DNA of 64,000 nucleotides from Batkoa obscura (Eukaryota): NCBI GenBank assembly GCA_030770535.1, contig JASVEC010000010.1, positions 1,116,001 to 1,180,000 of the forward strand, read 5' to 3'. Shown piece by piece: positions 27,090 to 39,501 of this stretch (position 1 is its first letter; each line of letters starts with the position of its first letter). The notes under the pieces were generated by a model. It saw only the letters and a program-made list of their open reading frames with translations, ran no database searches and was not told where the DNA came from. The position numbers and the translations under genes were made by a program.

Positions 27090-27602
27090 TTAAAGGTAAT
27101 ATCCACCACTACCACTTCCAATTCCAGTATATCCACTGCCAGATCCATAATAGCCGCTACCACCGCTTCCATAATAACCACCACTGCCGCCATAGTAACC
27201 TCCACCATAATAACCACTACCTCCATACCCGCTTCCATAATAGCTTCCACCATTTCCGTAATATCCTCCACCATAGTAAGGATAACCGCCGCTACCTCCA
27301 TTTGCTCCACCATAACTGATATAATTGTTTACTGTGGAACTAGCTGATGAGCCAGAGCTACTGCTGCTACTGCCTCCATCGCTGCCACCAAAACCACCAC
27401 CAAGTATACCATGTAAAAGTGGGTAAATCAAACCTAAAGTCTTACCCTGTACAGGCTCTGCTATTGGAGTAGCTTCAGAACTAGGAACTTGATTCTCAGA
27501 AGATAAATTAGAAGCTTGATTTTCTGAAGATAAGCTAGGTGCTTGTTGGTCTTCACAGTAAACCAAAGCAGTTAAAAGTAAAAAAATTGGCGTAAATTTC
27601 AT
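27090..27602 (-). CDS. Secreted Gly/Tyr/Ser-rich protein
   Basis: Signal peptide MKFTPIFLLLTALVYC; acidic segment; GGYYG(G/S) repeats; paralog of 28655-29278. Confidence 0.85.
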   Translation of the reverse strand: MKFTPIFLLLTALVYCEDQQAPSLSSENQASNLSSENQVPSSEATPIAEPVQGKTLGLIYPLLHGILGGGFGGSDGGSSSSSSGSSASSTVNNYISYGGANGGSGGYPYYGGGYYGNGGSYYGSGYGGSGYYGGGYYGGSGGYYGSGGSGYYGSGSGYTGIGSGSGGYYL

Positions 27603-28255
27603 TGTTAGTGTATTTTAAATAATATGAAAATCCCATTAACTTGAGTGGTTTATATAGCTATCTCTTTTTTATTAAAGTAAAGCCTTTTCTTTAAAGTTAG
27701 GCTTGCTATGCTTTTTTGTAGTTTCAGCCGGGTTATTCAGGATTCTTAATTTCAAAAATAAAAGGCTCTTTTGATGATCGGGTTTGGTATGCTATGTGCT
27801 AATTATTAATGATGTATTAGTTTTTTAATTTAGGTTGTGTAATGGCATAGTATTTGAAGCTACAAAAATAAACATTTCTTTATCCCTTTAAGCTTACATA
27901 ATAGTTTGTATCATTAGTAGTAAGTTGTAGTTAAAAAATAAAGTTCGAATTTCAAGTTTGAATTTGATATTCCTTTTTTTGGCTTATGGCCAACTGTTTT
28001 AAGTAATATCACTAAAGTAGTGTGATTTAAATGAAGTGAATTAGAGATATTAATAACAATCCTCACTATGTTTTGTCCGATATAATAGTAGCTAATACTA
28101 TTATTAATTCATAGTTTTTAAATATAGTACCCATTTCATAGAACAGCCCTTTATTTCATTTGAATTTTTGGGTAATATCTTCATAATATAAAACTGCCTT
28201 AAAACAAATAAACTATTATCTTTATATAACAAGTATTTACAGCATTGCAACATAT

Positions 28256-28352
28256 AAGGTGTTTTTTTGGTTTCATCACTTTTTCCATTTTTTAAGTACT
28301 ATTCGAGCGGAAAGATTAGTAGTAAAGTTCTTAAACAAAAAAATACACCCCT
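28256..28352 (-). mobile_element. MITE family A copy
   Basis: Full copy; TSD ATAT/ATAT. Confidence 0.85.
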
Positions 28353-28654
28353 ATATTGAAAATTTATAGACACCTTAAGTACTAAAACTACGAAAATATA
28401 TAATGTCTTTTTTCTATTTATTTTAAAACCTTAAGAAATATAAACATCCAAGTGTTTTATTATAGTTAATTTGATTTAAATTTGAAGGTTAGAAATTAAA
28501 TAACTACTTATTTTTATTGTATTCTATATTATGCTTAAGTGACTTAATGTGTTAATGAAATATTTATACTATTTATACTAAATAGCTTAAATCGAAAAAA
28601 AGCGAGCCTAGCCTTATAGTTAAAATAAAATTGATATATAACAATAATTTATTT

Positions 28655-29278
28655 TTATGAGTATTTAACATAGCAGGAGGCACCTTGAGAAACTTGGCAG
28701 AGATAACCGCTATTAGATTTACTAATTTTGAATGTATTAGATGGACAAGTAAGCTGAATGGTAGATGAGCCTTGAACTCCGCTAATATTGAAAATGTAAA
28801 GAGTATAGGTACCATCTCCATTATTGATGTATTTAATATTTGGAGAATAAATAGTATAATAGTTATTGACAGTTCCGTAATATTGATTAGGACCATTCCA
28901 TCCGATAATGCCACTATAATAAGGATAGCCACCATAATAGCCACCACTGCCACCATAATAACCTCCATTACCACCATAGTAGCCTCCGCTATAATAGGGA
29001 TAGCCACCATAATAACCTCCACTGCCTCCACCATAACTTCCTCCACTACCTCCACCATAACTTCCTCCACTGCCTCCACCGAATAAAGCTCCAAATACTG
29101 AACTTAAGATAGGAACAACTAAACCCAATGTTCTTCCTTGAACACCATTTTTTGCACTAGTATCCAAAGTTGGAGTTACTTCTTCGCCAGCAGGGGGAAT
29201 GCTACTGGTAGCTTGGGTGTCAGCACCGGCATAACCCAAGGCGACTAAAGTTAAAAGAAAAACAGATGTGAATTTCAT
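28655..29278 (-). CDS. Secreted Gly/Tyr-rich protein with C-terminal Cys-containing beta-rich segment
   Basis: Signal peptide MKFTSVFLLTLVALGYA; VQGRTLGL motif shared with 27090-27602; GGYYGG and GGYPYY repeats. Confidence 0.85.
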   Translation of the reverse strand: MKFTSVFLLTLVALGYAGADTQATSSIPPAGEEVTPTLDTSAKNGVQGRTLGLVVPILSSVFGALFGGGSGGSYGGGSGGSYGGGSGGYYGGYPYYSGGYYGGNGGYYGGSGGYYGGYPYYSGIIGWNGPNQYYGTVNNYYTIYSPNIKYINNGDGTYTLYIFNISGVQGSSTIQLTCPSNTFKISKSNSGYLCQVSQGASCYVKYS

Positions 29279-29881
29279 AGTTCGATTTTTTACGTATTAG
29301 CTTTTAATTCCGATCTTGCTTTTTTATACCTTCTTTTATCGATATTTTCCTACCTTTGCTATTTTTAAAATGCAACCTTAGATGCATCAAAGTTATTTTT
29401 AGCTTGTTCAAAGATCTTCTTTTACCAAAAGGCTTACATGATCTTTGAAAAGCAAGCCTTCATCTTTGTTTAATTACTTTTTGGCTTGAAAGGCAAATAT
29501 GTTTTTTGTTATTTATAGTAAAACTGCTAGGAGTAGTGTAAAGCTTTTTAAAAAGCAACAATCAATTGTTTTTTAATAAGCGGCTAAAAATATTAAATGA
29601 GACTATTTTAAAATGAATATTTAAATGAAAAAGCATAGAGTGATACCGATTAATTTCTTTGACTTTTAACTGCCCCTTTTTATTCTTATTGTAGTCATTT
29701 TAATAATTTTATTTGTTCAAATGTAGTTATTTTTCTAAAACATATCTTTAATCAAGTGTTCTTCAAGCATACAGATCCTTTTATATTATAGTAGCGATCT
29801 AGTGAAAAAGTATATTCATTAATTCTAGTCTTAAGTAGCGATTTTATTATTTAATATTGACTCATCAAAATAATTCTTAAC

Positions 29882-30094
29882 TACAGTATTTTTCGAAATA
29901 ATTGAGTCAAAAACTAAGCGCGCTTTAAGCCCAAATTTACATTTCTTAAACGCTTATTTAAAAATAATAGTTTTTTCTGCTCTATTATTTTGGCTTAAAA
30001 TCCAAAGGTTTATTTTCAAGTAGCCATTTAAGAAGTGCGAATTTGAACTTAAAACGTGCTTGGTTTTTGACTCAATTATTTCGAAAATGCTATA
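29882..30094. mobile_element. MITE family B (long ~85-bp imperfect TIRs; TA-CAG ends, Tc1/mariner-like)
   Basis: Left end TACAGTATTTTTCGAAATAATTGAGTCAAAAACTAAGC vs reverse complement of right end TATAGCATTTTCGAAATAATTGAGTCAAAAACCAAGC. Confidence 0.75.
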
Positions 30095-30735
30095 TAGCTT
30101 CTAAATCAATTTAAAGCTAAAAATATTTGGAATTATCTCGGTTTATAATAATAGTTGAGATCATGACCAGTTATAAGTTCTAAAAATTAATTTACAAATT
30201 CTTTCTAATGGTTTAGAATAAATAACAACTGTAATTTTTAAGATTAATTCATTATTTAATTTGTTTAAAACATAAAATGAAAAACTTGAGTTTTATAACT
30301 TTGCAACTTTTTTGTAGCTCTTTTAGTAGTGATTTTTATAGTTAAATTATTCTCATGATATTCTTTAATAGCCAGTCCTTATATTTTAGCTGAATTTCAC
30401 CATAACTCATTTCTTAAATATAGCAAAGGTCGCAAAACAGGACTGCTGCTGTAAAATATCCTGAAAATCAGTATCATTGGTAAAATAAACTCAAATTAAA
30501 GAGTAAATGAGTATAGATTTTATATCGATTATTTATCTGACTACATTACACTTAATTAAGCAATATCTTTCCTAAATGTTTATTGATGAAAAACAATTGA
30601 TATTTTAAATAAAAAGCAAAGGTCAAAAAGCACCAAACAAACTGGTCTGCCAATCAAGAGGCTAATTAGACTTAAACTAAAAGTTAGTAATAAAAGTACA
30701 ATAAATAATATTAATTACAATTTAAACATAATGAA

Positions 30736-30807
30736 TTCTTCATGGTCCAGTGGTTAGGATTTTCCGCTTTCACCGGAACGGCCGGGGTTCGATTCCCCGT
30801 GAGGAAG
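30736..30807 (+). tRNA. tRNA-Glu(TTC)
   Basis: 72-nt cloverleaf identical to 15858-15929. Confidence 0.96.
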
Positions 30808-31823
30808 ATCGTTTTTAGTACTTTTTAAATTCAAGGTAATTCTGATATACCTTTAGTGTTTCTTTGCCATTTAAAACAAGTGTTCTTTATACCCTGGTTA
30901 TATCTGATGATTAAGTTTATTTTTAAATTCTTATCCTATGCAATATAACCATGTCTCTAAGACAAGCAATTAAACTTTCAATATTAAGGTTTATATTGGG
31001 CTTTTAAAATTAAAACGACTATTTTTGTAAATATAATGTTTAATGTCTACAGTTGATGAGTATTATTCAAACTTAATGATTTTTATCCAAAAATTATTGT
31101 TTATGGAATAATGAGAATTTATTAGAACTATAAACATAAGTATTTTGTTAGAAATATTTTCAAAGGAAAGAACATATTTAACCTCTTTACATCTAAGTCT
31201 CCCCTATTAATAATTTACTTAGAGGCATGAATAAATTAAAAGGTATAGGGGTTGTTTCAGGTATTACAATAGAGACCTTGGTTTTATGTATTTAGAAATT
31301 GTTAGTGTTAAATTTTGTTTATTACCAATTGGGGTTTTAGCTTTACTCGATATAGCTTTGTTTTTACTTAGGTTAAATTATACTTTAGAAGTGTTATCTA
31401 AAAGATATGATGTACTTCAATTACAATGATTAACCGTGTCTAATAAGCTGTATATGCCCTAAAAACATTAATTAGAGCTAAAGATAATATAGTTTCAAAT
31501 TAAATACTTTAGATTAAGTTTTCCTTTCTTAGATTAACCTCATTAATAGCAAACCATTTAAACGTGTAATATCTCAATGTTTTTTTAAATAATAAATAGT
31601 ATTAATGAATACAAATGTACTAAAGTTACTATAAGCAAGTAATTAAAGCTTTGTTTTGTATTATCAAACCAGGTATCATCTTATTTTAAAGCATTTAGTA
31701 TTTTTTATCATTATCCAGTCATATGTCAAGTTATAAACTACTAGATTAGTACAGTAAATTTAAAAAAAATAAAAACAATATAAAGACCAATGCTTTATTT
31801 TTATATATTAAATAACTAAATCA

Positions 31824-33125
31824 TCAATTGAGGAAGGCAGCTTTAAGATAATTTTTAATCCAAGCTGGGTCATACGGTTTACCACCTTGGTTGTTTTTAC
31901 GATATTCAGGCTGAGTGCTTTCAGAAGGTGATGAACTTGGAATAGTGTTAATACCAGTAGTTTTTGTAGTACATGAAGAGGAGCTAATAGGTAAGTTGGA
32001 AGATGGCACACCAGTGATAACAGTAGCGGTTGAAGTTGAGCACGGAGTGGTGCTAGAACTAATTGATAAGTTCCCACTAGGGGTGGTTGTACAAGAGGTA
32101 CTAGAATTAGTTGGTACATTTCCACTAGGAGTAGTTGTGCAAGAAGTACTGGAGCTAGTTGGTACATTTCCACTAGGGGTAGTTGTGCAAGAAGTACTGG
32201 AGCTAGTTGGTACATTTCCGCTGGAGGTTGTTGAACATGAAGTGCTAGAGCTATTTGGAGAATTACTGCTAGTAGAAGTTGAGCATGATGAGGTGGTGGA
32301 ACTAGTTGGTAAATTTTCGCTAACAGTTGTTTGGGTGTTTGGAACCTTTGAATCGTATACCTCAGTAGATCCTGATGGTAGGGTGGAGCTTTTCACAGGT
32401 GGAGTACTGGGTTCTGTAGATGGGGTATTGGGCTTAGTAGGTGTAGTATTAGATTCTTCAGGTGGATTATAAGATTCTTCAGGTGGATTATAAGACTCCT
32501 CAGGTGGAATATAATATTCATCAGCTGGAGTACTTGACTCAGCAGGTGTATTAGTATCATATCCATCAGTATATTCTGGTGAAGGATTTGTGGAATGCTT
32601 TGAATCGTTACTTGTAGTTGTGATTTTTGATACTGATGGTTGGCTTTCAGTTACAACCGTTGGCTTAGGCTTAGTGGTAATGTCGGTTTGAACAGGGGTT
32701 GTTTCACCAGATGGAGTTTGTGGCTCAGTGTATGGAGTACTTGATGTAGTAACACTTGGCTTACTTTCAGTTCCAGTACAATAAGAAGCCGTTTCAGTAC
32801 GAACTACTTGCTTTATACTGGTTTGCGTAACAGTGATAACGTTTCCATTATCTCCATAGTTCCCGTTTCCTTCACTTCCATAGCTCCCTGTACAAATAGC
32901 GTCTTGAGCTGGAGTTTCAGTTATAGTTACAGTTACCGGTTCTCCATACCCGTAATCGTCACCATATCCATAATCGTCACCATATCCATAATCGTCACCA
33001 TATCCATAGTCATCTGAAGTAACGGTCTTAGTTTTTGTAACCGTTTTTTTGCACTCTTTTGGTTTATTATGGGCACTTACACTAGTCAAAGCGAGTAATA
33101 AAGGAATTAGATTTTGGTATTTCAT
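31824..33125 (-). CDS. Secreted Ser/Thr/Pro-rich repeat protein (KTVTKT family)
   Basis: Signal peptide; ECKKTVTKTKTVT; (DDYGYG)x4; PPEES repeats; 16-aa SSTSCTTTPSGNVPTS repeats. Confidence 0.88.
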   Translation of the reverse strand: MKYQNLIPLLLALTSVSAHNKPKECKKTVTKTKTVTSDDYGYGDDYGYGDDYGYGDDYGYGEPVTVTITETPAQDAICTGSYGSEGNGNYGDNGNVITVTQTSIKQVVRTETASYCTGTESKPSVTTSSTPYTEPQTPSGETTPVQTDITTKPKPTVVTESQPSVSKITTTSNDSKHSTNPSPEYTDGYDTNTPAESSTPADEYYIPPEESYNPPEESYNPPEESNTTPTKPNTPSTEPSTPPVKSSTLPSGSTEVYDSKVPNTQTTVSENLPTSSTTSSCSTSTSSNSPNSSSTSCSTTSSGNVPTSSSTSCTTTPSGNVPTSSSTSCTTTPSGNVPTNSSTSCTTTPSGNLSISSSTTPCSTSTATVITGVPSSNLPISSSSCTTKTTGINTIPSSSPSESTQPEYRKNNQGGKPYDPAWIKNYLKAAFLN

Positions 33126-33850
33126 GTCAAATGAATATACTTTTTGATGTATTTAGATATTAAAATTAATTTTCAAAATATTATTGATGTGTTCTATTTA
33201 TATATTTTTCAAACTAATGTTTTAAAGAATTTCTACGGATTTATATGGTAAATACAGTCATTTTTGTATATTTTAGTAATGTATAAAATTTTAATTAATT
33301 GAACAATATTGAGTTATTATTTATAAAATAGATCGCATAATTTCATTGCACTGTATTTATAAAATTGTTAATGGGAAAAAGAAATAATAACCTAATAATT
33401 TTTAATTTCAAATGTTCCTAGTATTTTTACAAATGTATTTATGATTAAAGCTTAATAATTTAATTAACAAGGTTATTATTACACTAATGTATTGTAAAAC
33501 AAAACTCTAATATAAATAGTAGAGTTTATTTTCTTGGGAAGTTTTTGTATTTTAAAATAGTTTAGTATGATCTATTAAACAAGTATCGATTTTATAAAGT
33601 TTGAGTTTACTCTAAGATAAATTTTCAACGAAGTACAGTCTGGACAAATGCTTCAAAAGTGACATTTTTATATACATACTGATTCTAAAGAATAACGGTA
33701 CTAAAATATCGTTTATATGAACTATAATATAAACTATAATATAAACTGAGAGAATTATTAAGCTTCAAAACAGATATAACGATGTTAACCTACCATTCGT
33801 CACTTGCAATAAAGAGTTTAAATAAGATTAACTATCACCCCAATATAAGG

Positions 33851-33932
33851 GACACTTTGGCCGAGCGGTTAAGGCGTGAGCCTAGAAAGCTCATGGGGTT
33901 TCCCCGCGCAGGTTCAAATCCTGCAGGTGTCG
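33851..33932 (+). tRNA. tRNA-Ser(AGA)
   Basis: Identical to 26792-26873. Confidence 0.96.
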
Positions 33933-34497
33933 TCAATTATTATTTTCTACCAGATTTTTTAATGAAACCATAATTTAAGTCTTAATAAAAACACTACTTT
34001 ATCTAACATTTAATTTATTCATTCACTTTAATTCTTTATATTTAATATTTCCATTGCCTTAAACTTATTGTAGTTGAATGTATGATTACTATTTTTAAAT
34101 ATGTAAATTGATTAGTATTGATAAATTTAATATTTGTAATTTATAGATAAATTGATAATTAATAAACTTCTTTATGTATAAATAATTTATTAAAAAATTC
34201 AATAAAGCAAATTAAAAAAAGTTGATATACATAATTTAATAATTACTTCAACTTAATACAATTACGATTTATGTAAAATTGATTTATTTCAAATAAATTT
34301 AACACAATTAGGGTTATAGAACATTCAATAATTGTATTTATAAGAAAAAATTCTTTAATTGATTAATAAATTAAAGCTATCTGTGCTATTACTAAATAAA
34401 TCCATAAATTAACCAACACTTCAATTAAGTATAAAAAGACAGCTAATGAGCCTTTCAACATTAACTTTAAATAAACTAACATAAAAACTCATCCGGG

Positions 34498-34950
34498 ATG
34501 AAATTGAATCAATTGATATTAGCAATAGCAGGACTAAGCCTAGTCATGGGCCATGGTAAACCTAAAGATAAATGTAAAACAAAAACTAAATGGGTGACCA
34601 AAACAGTTGGCGGAAACAAACCTTCGCCAAGTACTGTAACCGTAACTGTAACATCAGGAAATACACCAACTTGTAGTCAAGATATACCTACTACCGTGAC
34701 TCAAACTACCGTTGTGGAAACTTATTCAACTTCTACTATCTCTATTTGCCCTACTGAAACAATGCATATTTTACCTTATGAAAGTGAAGTTACTGTTCCA
34801 GAAATTAACCCGGAGTATGGGGATTATAATTCAAATGAAGAGGATTATAGTCAAGACGGTAATGATTATAACCAAGGCAACGAAGACTATAATCAAGGTA
34901 ATAACCAATATAGAAAGTTGAGCGATAATGTAGATGAGTTTGATTATTAG
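34498..34950 (+). CDS. Secreted protein (KTVTKT family, divergent member)
   Basis: Signal peptide; HGKPKDKCKTKTKWVTKTV; TVTVTVT; DYNQGN repeats; upstream TATAAAA. Confidence 0.85.
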   Translation: MKLNQLILAIAGLSLVMGHGKPKDKCKTKTKWVTKTVGGNKPSPSTVTVTVTSGNTPTCSQDIPTTVTQTTVVETYSTSTISICPTETMHILPYESEVTVPEINPEYGDYNSNEEDYSQDGNDYNQGNEDYNQGNNQYRKLSDNVDEFDY

Positions 34951-35495
34951 ATATAATCCGTTAGTTGCTTCTTGAATTTTACTTTCTACTGTTATTAAAT
35001 TTATTAATTGTTAGTAATGAAATTATATTTTTAAGTTTATAATTCATTAATTTTATTATTTTTTGTAAGTTACACAATTTAAATTTTTTTGTGATGAATT
35101 GTATAAATGCTAAATTTCAATAAATATTTTGCTATAAACAATAGTTTGTTTAATAAGATATTAGAATTGTTATTAATATAGTTCAATGCTAAAACTTGAT
35201 AGATTTAGACTTTGTTAACTATTTATAGTACCTTTAAAGTTTAACTATATTTCACATCATTTATAAGAAAACATCAACAATTTTGAATGAAATTAATAAG
35301 GTCCTTAGTAATATATTATTATTTCAAAGATATTGGTATGAATTACTTAAAGCATCAACATAATCTATAATGAAATATATATCTGGATTATAGAAACAAT
35401 AACAAAAGGCTACTAAGTCAAAGTAACTTCCATCAATAATTGTGTTAATATTATACAATTAAATATAATTGCTTAATATTGAGTATATGCAATAA

Positions 35496-35577
35496 GACAC
35501 TTTGGCCGAGCGGTTAAGGCGTGAGCCTAGAAAGCTCATGGGGTTTCCCCGCGCAGGTTCAAATCCTGCAGGTGTCG
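35496..35577 (+). tRNA. tRNA-Ser(AGA)
   Basis: Identical to 26792-26873. Confidence 0.96.
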
Positions 35578-35939
35578 ATTTTTCAAGTAATTCTACATAT
35601 CTGGAAATGGTTTCATTACTTTTCTATTTTTCTCTAGATAAGATACCTTCTTTTATATAAGATAATTTTTCATATTAAAAATAAAATGTTATTACGATAA
35701 AGTATACATGTTAGTATTTATGAGTTACCAATTGTAATGGTTTTTGAACTATATTTTACACTAATAATTTTTAGTAATTATTAGAGCTTTTATAAGATTA
35801 AATAATCAAATACTTCAATAAATTTCAAAATAATTTCATGTTTAAAATATTAAGATTTTACGAGTACAATGAATTTTATTATAAAAGAAAGTTAGAAACA
35901 ACAAGTTATTTTTAATTTCTCAGATTAATTTAATAAAAA

Positions 35940-36410
35940 TCATTCTTCTTCATTGTGTTGCTTTCTTGGTCTTCTATCAATAGGTTTATATCTTAATCCC
36001 TTATTAGATTTATTTTTCCTGTTATTATATTGATGTTCATCAACAATAATTCTATCTTCTTTTAGTGGGTACTTTGACTTATGTTTTGGATTTTTCATAT
36101 GTAATTCTTGAGCTTGTTGTTTTTTACCACTTTCTTTCCTAACTTCATTTTTACTAGGCTTATTCCCATGTTTTCTGTAAATCATATCCTTTGGACGTTC
36201 GTATGGTAAAGTCTTTAAGTTCCTAGTTGGATCAGTTGGAATAGGATTGGGACAAGCAGATAAAGTTTTGGTTACGCAAACAGTTTTAGTTACTGTTTTA
36301 TCATCACATGGTTTTTCTTGTTTATATGGATCTTTACCACCGTTATAATCGTTGTAAACAGAAACAACGGAAACAGAAAGAAGGAGAGCAACTATATTAA
36401 AATACTTCAT
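35940..36410 (-). CDS. Secreted basic protein (KTVTKT family)
   Basis: Signal peptide; NDYNGGKDPY; CDDKTVTKTVCVTKTLSACPNPIP; Lys-rich tail. Confidence 0.88.
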   Translation of the reverse strand: MKYFNIVALLLSVSVVSVYNDYNGGKDPYKQEKPCDDKTVTKTVCVTKTLSACPNPIPTDPTRNLKTLPYERPKDMIYRKHGNKPSKNEVRKESGKKQQAQELHMKNPKHKSKYPLKEDRIIVDEHQYNNRKNKSNKGLRYKPIDRRPRKQHNEEE

Positions 36411-37581
36411 ATCAAATGAATAGTTATTATTATTATCAAAATAATGTCTTATCGATTTACAAATTGTTTAACGATTGGTTTTAATGTTTTTATACTTCTA
36501 TTAGTATTAGTTTCATTTATTATAATATTGAAAGATCAAAATGTATTTTTCTATTTTATTAATTATAAATTAATTAATGTAATTAATTTCAATACGTGTT
36601 TATATTGCATATTTAACAATGTAATTTATTTAGTACAAATTAACAAAAATGTTGAAGATATATTAGTAATGTTATTAATTTTAAAATCAATAAATGTAAT
36701 ATGGTGTTGATTGTTAATTTGAAGTGCATTTTATGTTTTATACTTAAAGGAAGTACATCTACCTTATTAATCAGTTCCTAAGGTTCTGTTGCTAATTCAA
36801 TAAATAGTATCTTGGACATATGCATTCTAAAAGTAGATATACGATTTTCGTAAAATATAAACTACTTTAAATATAACATTATTTAAATTAATTACTATTT
36901 ATAAATTTAATAAAAAAATTGGTTCATACAATATATGTATGTATATAATGAACAAAATTGTTAAAATAGACAGTTATTAAAAGCCAAAGGCATGTATAGT
37001 TAGTTAATATTAGATTATTTTTGTCTTTTTGTTTTACTACTAATCCATTTATTTTCTTTTGTACACATTAAGTTTTTATAATACATCTCAAAAGTGAAAG
37101 TTCCTAACTATTATTTCTAAGGGAAAAAAGCTGAAGGTTAGTTTATTAAATGTCTTTAAAGGTATTAAAATTAATATAAATTTCGAAAAAATACTAATCG
37201 CTTGATTGGGTTTGAAGCATAAAAATGAAATAAATAGACTAACTCCACTTCATACAAATTTGTTTGCATGAAAAAAGAGTAGTGGAAGCAGTAAGAAAGA
37301 ACAAAGTTTTTTCTAGTAATAGTTTTGTATGATAAGAGTAGATAGTTCACGTGTATGCGAAAAGGTAATAAATGTATAAAAGCGTCTAATAGTCAATGTT
37401 AAAAGAAGTGTGAATCAGATAATTTAAAACGTTCCAATAGTGATACTGAAAACAAAGTAATTACAAGTAATAAAGCAAATTTAAACTTTAATAAGTAAAT
37501 GAATTCAAGATATTAAATAACATATCACCGTTTTCATAATTTACTGATTCTGTGATGAAACCAAAAAAAACACCACCATAT

Positions 37582-37681
37582 GGGGCTGTTTTTTTTTGGC
37601 TTCATTACTTTTTGTATCTTTTAAGCACTATTTGAATGGAAAACTTGTTAGTAAAATTCTTAAACATAAGAATATATCCCC
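37582..37681 (-). mobile_element. MITE family A copy, abutting a terminal fragment of another copy (37551-37577)
   Basis: ...GAAACCAAAAAAAACACCACC-ATAT-GGGGCTGTTTTTTTTTGGCTTC...ATCCCC-GTAT. Confidence 0.8.
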
Positions 37682-37992
37682 GTATGTTATTACTTATATA
37701 AGATTGTATGAAATTATAAAAAAATTAAATATCAACTATTATACTATTAAATAAAATTTAACCAAAGGATATATAGTTATTATGAATGATTCATATGTTA
37801 ATATTGTACTATTTTTAAGTTATATACTAATTTTTTTAACAATCAAGTTGTAATGAATTTATCTTTAAAAATATAAGAATGTAGAAATATAAAAGTAATT
37901 TTTTTTATAAATTCAACAAATTTATTAAACCAAAGACAAAAAAATATCAAATTCTTTTCAATCTTTAATCTTCATGTTATCAATTACTCATA

Positions 37993-38505
37993 TTAATGTT
38001 GTTTCTTTGCCTTTTCATCCTTTGATTTGTTCTTTGGGTTGTTTTTGGGTCTGTTATCTTTACCATTATAGTTATCATTTGGATATCCTTCTTCTTCTTT
38101 GTACGGATTTGTTTCTTTCTCTTTTTCTTTCTTTGTTTTATGGTATGGGTCTGTTTCTTTCTCTTTCTCTTTTTCTTTCTTTGTTTTATGGTATGGGTCT
38201 GTTTCTTTCTCTTCTACATATGGATCTTTATAATCACCATTCTTACGTCTAATCCCATTTTTACCTGGGTTATTTTTATGTTTTCTAAAAATAGCGCTTT
38301 CTGGATTTTCATAGATATTACTTGGAATTGGATTAGGACAAGCGGATACAGTTTTTGTTAAACAAACAGTTTTAGTTACTGTTTTATCCTTACATGATTT
38401 TGATGGGCTGTCTTTTTCATATGGATCTCTACCACCGTTATAATCATTATGAGCAGAAACAATGGAGGCAGAAAGAAGGAGGGCAATTATATTAGAGTAC
38501 TTCAT
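37993..38505 (-). CDS. Secreted basic repeat protein (KTVTKT family)
   Basis: Signal peptide; CKDKTVTKTVCLTKTVSACPNPIP; EKETDPYHKTKKEK repeats. Confidence 0.88.
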   Translation of the reverse strand: MKYSNIIALLLSASIVSAHNDYNGGRDPYEKDSPSKSCKDKTVTKTVCLTKTVSACPNPIPSNIYENPESAIFRKHKNNPGKNGIRRKNGDYKDPYVEEKETDPYHKTKKEKEKEKETDPYHKTKKEKEKETNPYKEEEGYPNDNYNGKDNRPKNNPKNKSKDEKAKKQH

Positions 38506-38837
38506 TTCAAATGAGTAATGATTGTTATTATTATCAAAATAATGTTTTGTTGGATTTTAATCAATGTTGTAGTTTAGTTTAGACTATTTATACTATAATT
38601 TCATCTTTTTAAAACACAGTTGTTTATTGATTTTAATTTCATATATTAACATTTTGCATTTCATTACCTTGTGATTATAAATTAATTATATATATTTAGT
38701 TTATATAAATTGGTATATTCTATATTCAGTAGAGCAGTCTATTTAGTATAATTCAATAAAATTGTCATACTCATATTTATATTTTATATGATGTATATTA
38801 GCAAATAATATTTTTCCTTATTTTCTAGCTAATAAAT

Positions 38838-38930
38838 TGGAGTGTTTTTTTGACTTCATTATTTTTTTCATTTAAGCACTATTCAAGCGGAAAATTGTTA
38901 GTAAAATTTTAAACACAAAAATACAGCCTC
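38838..38930 (-). mobile_element. MITE family A copy
   Basis: TSD AAAT/AAAT. Confidence 0.8.
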
Positions 38931-39241
38931 AAATGCTAATTACATTTTTGATCAATCTCAAATTTCATTGAATTTGAAGGATATTTTACGATTTGAAGTG
39001 GCTGTAGCTTTATATTTAGGAAATGCATGTAGCCTAAATTATAAAACTTCAATAGATTATGTACAATATATTAGATCAATATTACATTTATGAAAACACA
39101 ACATTAATATAATATCTGGTAGTTTATTACAAATAACTTAAAGCTCTTAACTAGTATATATGTCAAATAAGCCAACTCATTAGAATAATTGTAAGTATTA
39201 AAAAAGAAAGTTGCATCTTGTCAACTATTTACAAATTATTT

Positions 39242-39501
39242 AAGTAGGGGGTAACGAATAGACAGGTGAGCGTTTTATTTTATGAAGCATTAATTCGTAT
39301 AGAATAAATTGACAGTAAAATTTAAAATAGGAATTCAAACCTTAAACCAAATATAAGCTATCCTAAACCAACCTTATCAACAGTTTACCATAATTGATTT
39401 TTTAATCTACTTTGTCCTTTTTTTATTGTTAAACGCTATCTGAGATAGCGGATTTATTATAGTGAAAAACCAAGTATCTGCCTATTCGTTGCCTCCTACT
39501 C
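39242..39501. mobile_element. MITE family C (~260 bp, ~27-bp imperfect TIRs)
   Basis: Left end AAGTAGGGGGTAACGAATAGACAGGT vs reverse complement of right end GAGTAGGAGGCAACGAATAGGCAGAT; single copy in window. Confidence 0.6.

Noticed and set aside
33782..33973. 63-aa ORF
   Set aside because: It is a translation across the tRNA-Ser gene 33851-33932.
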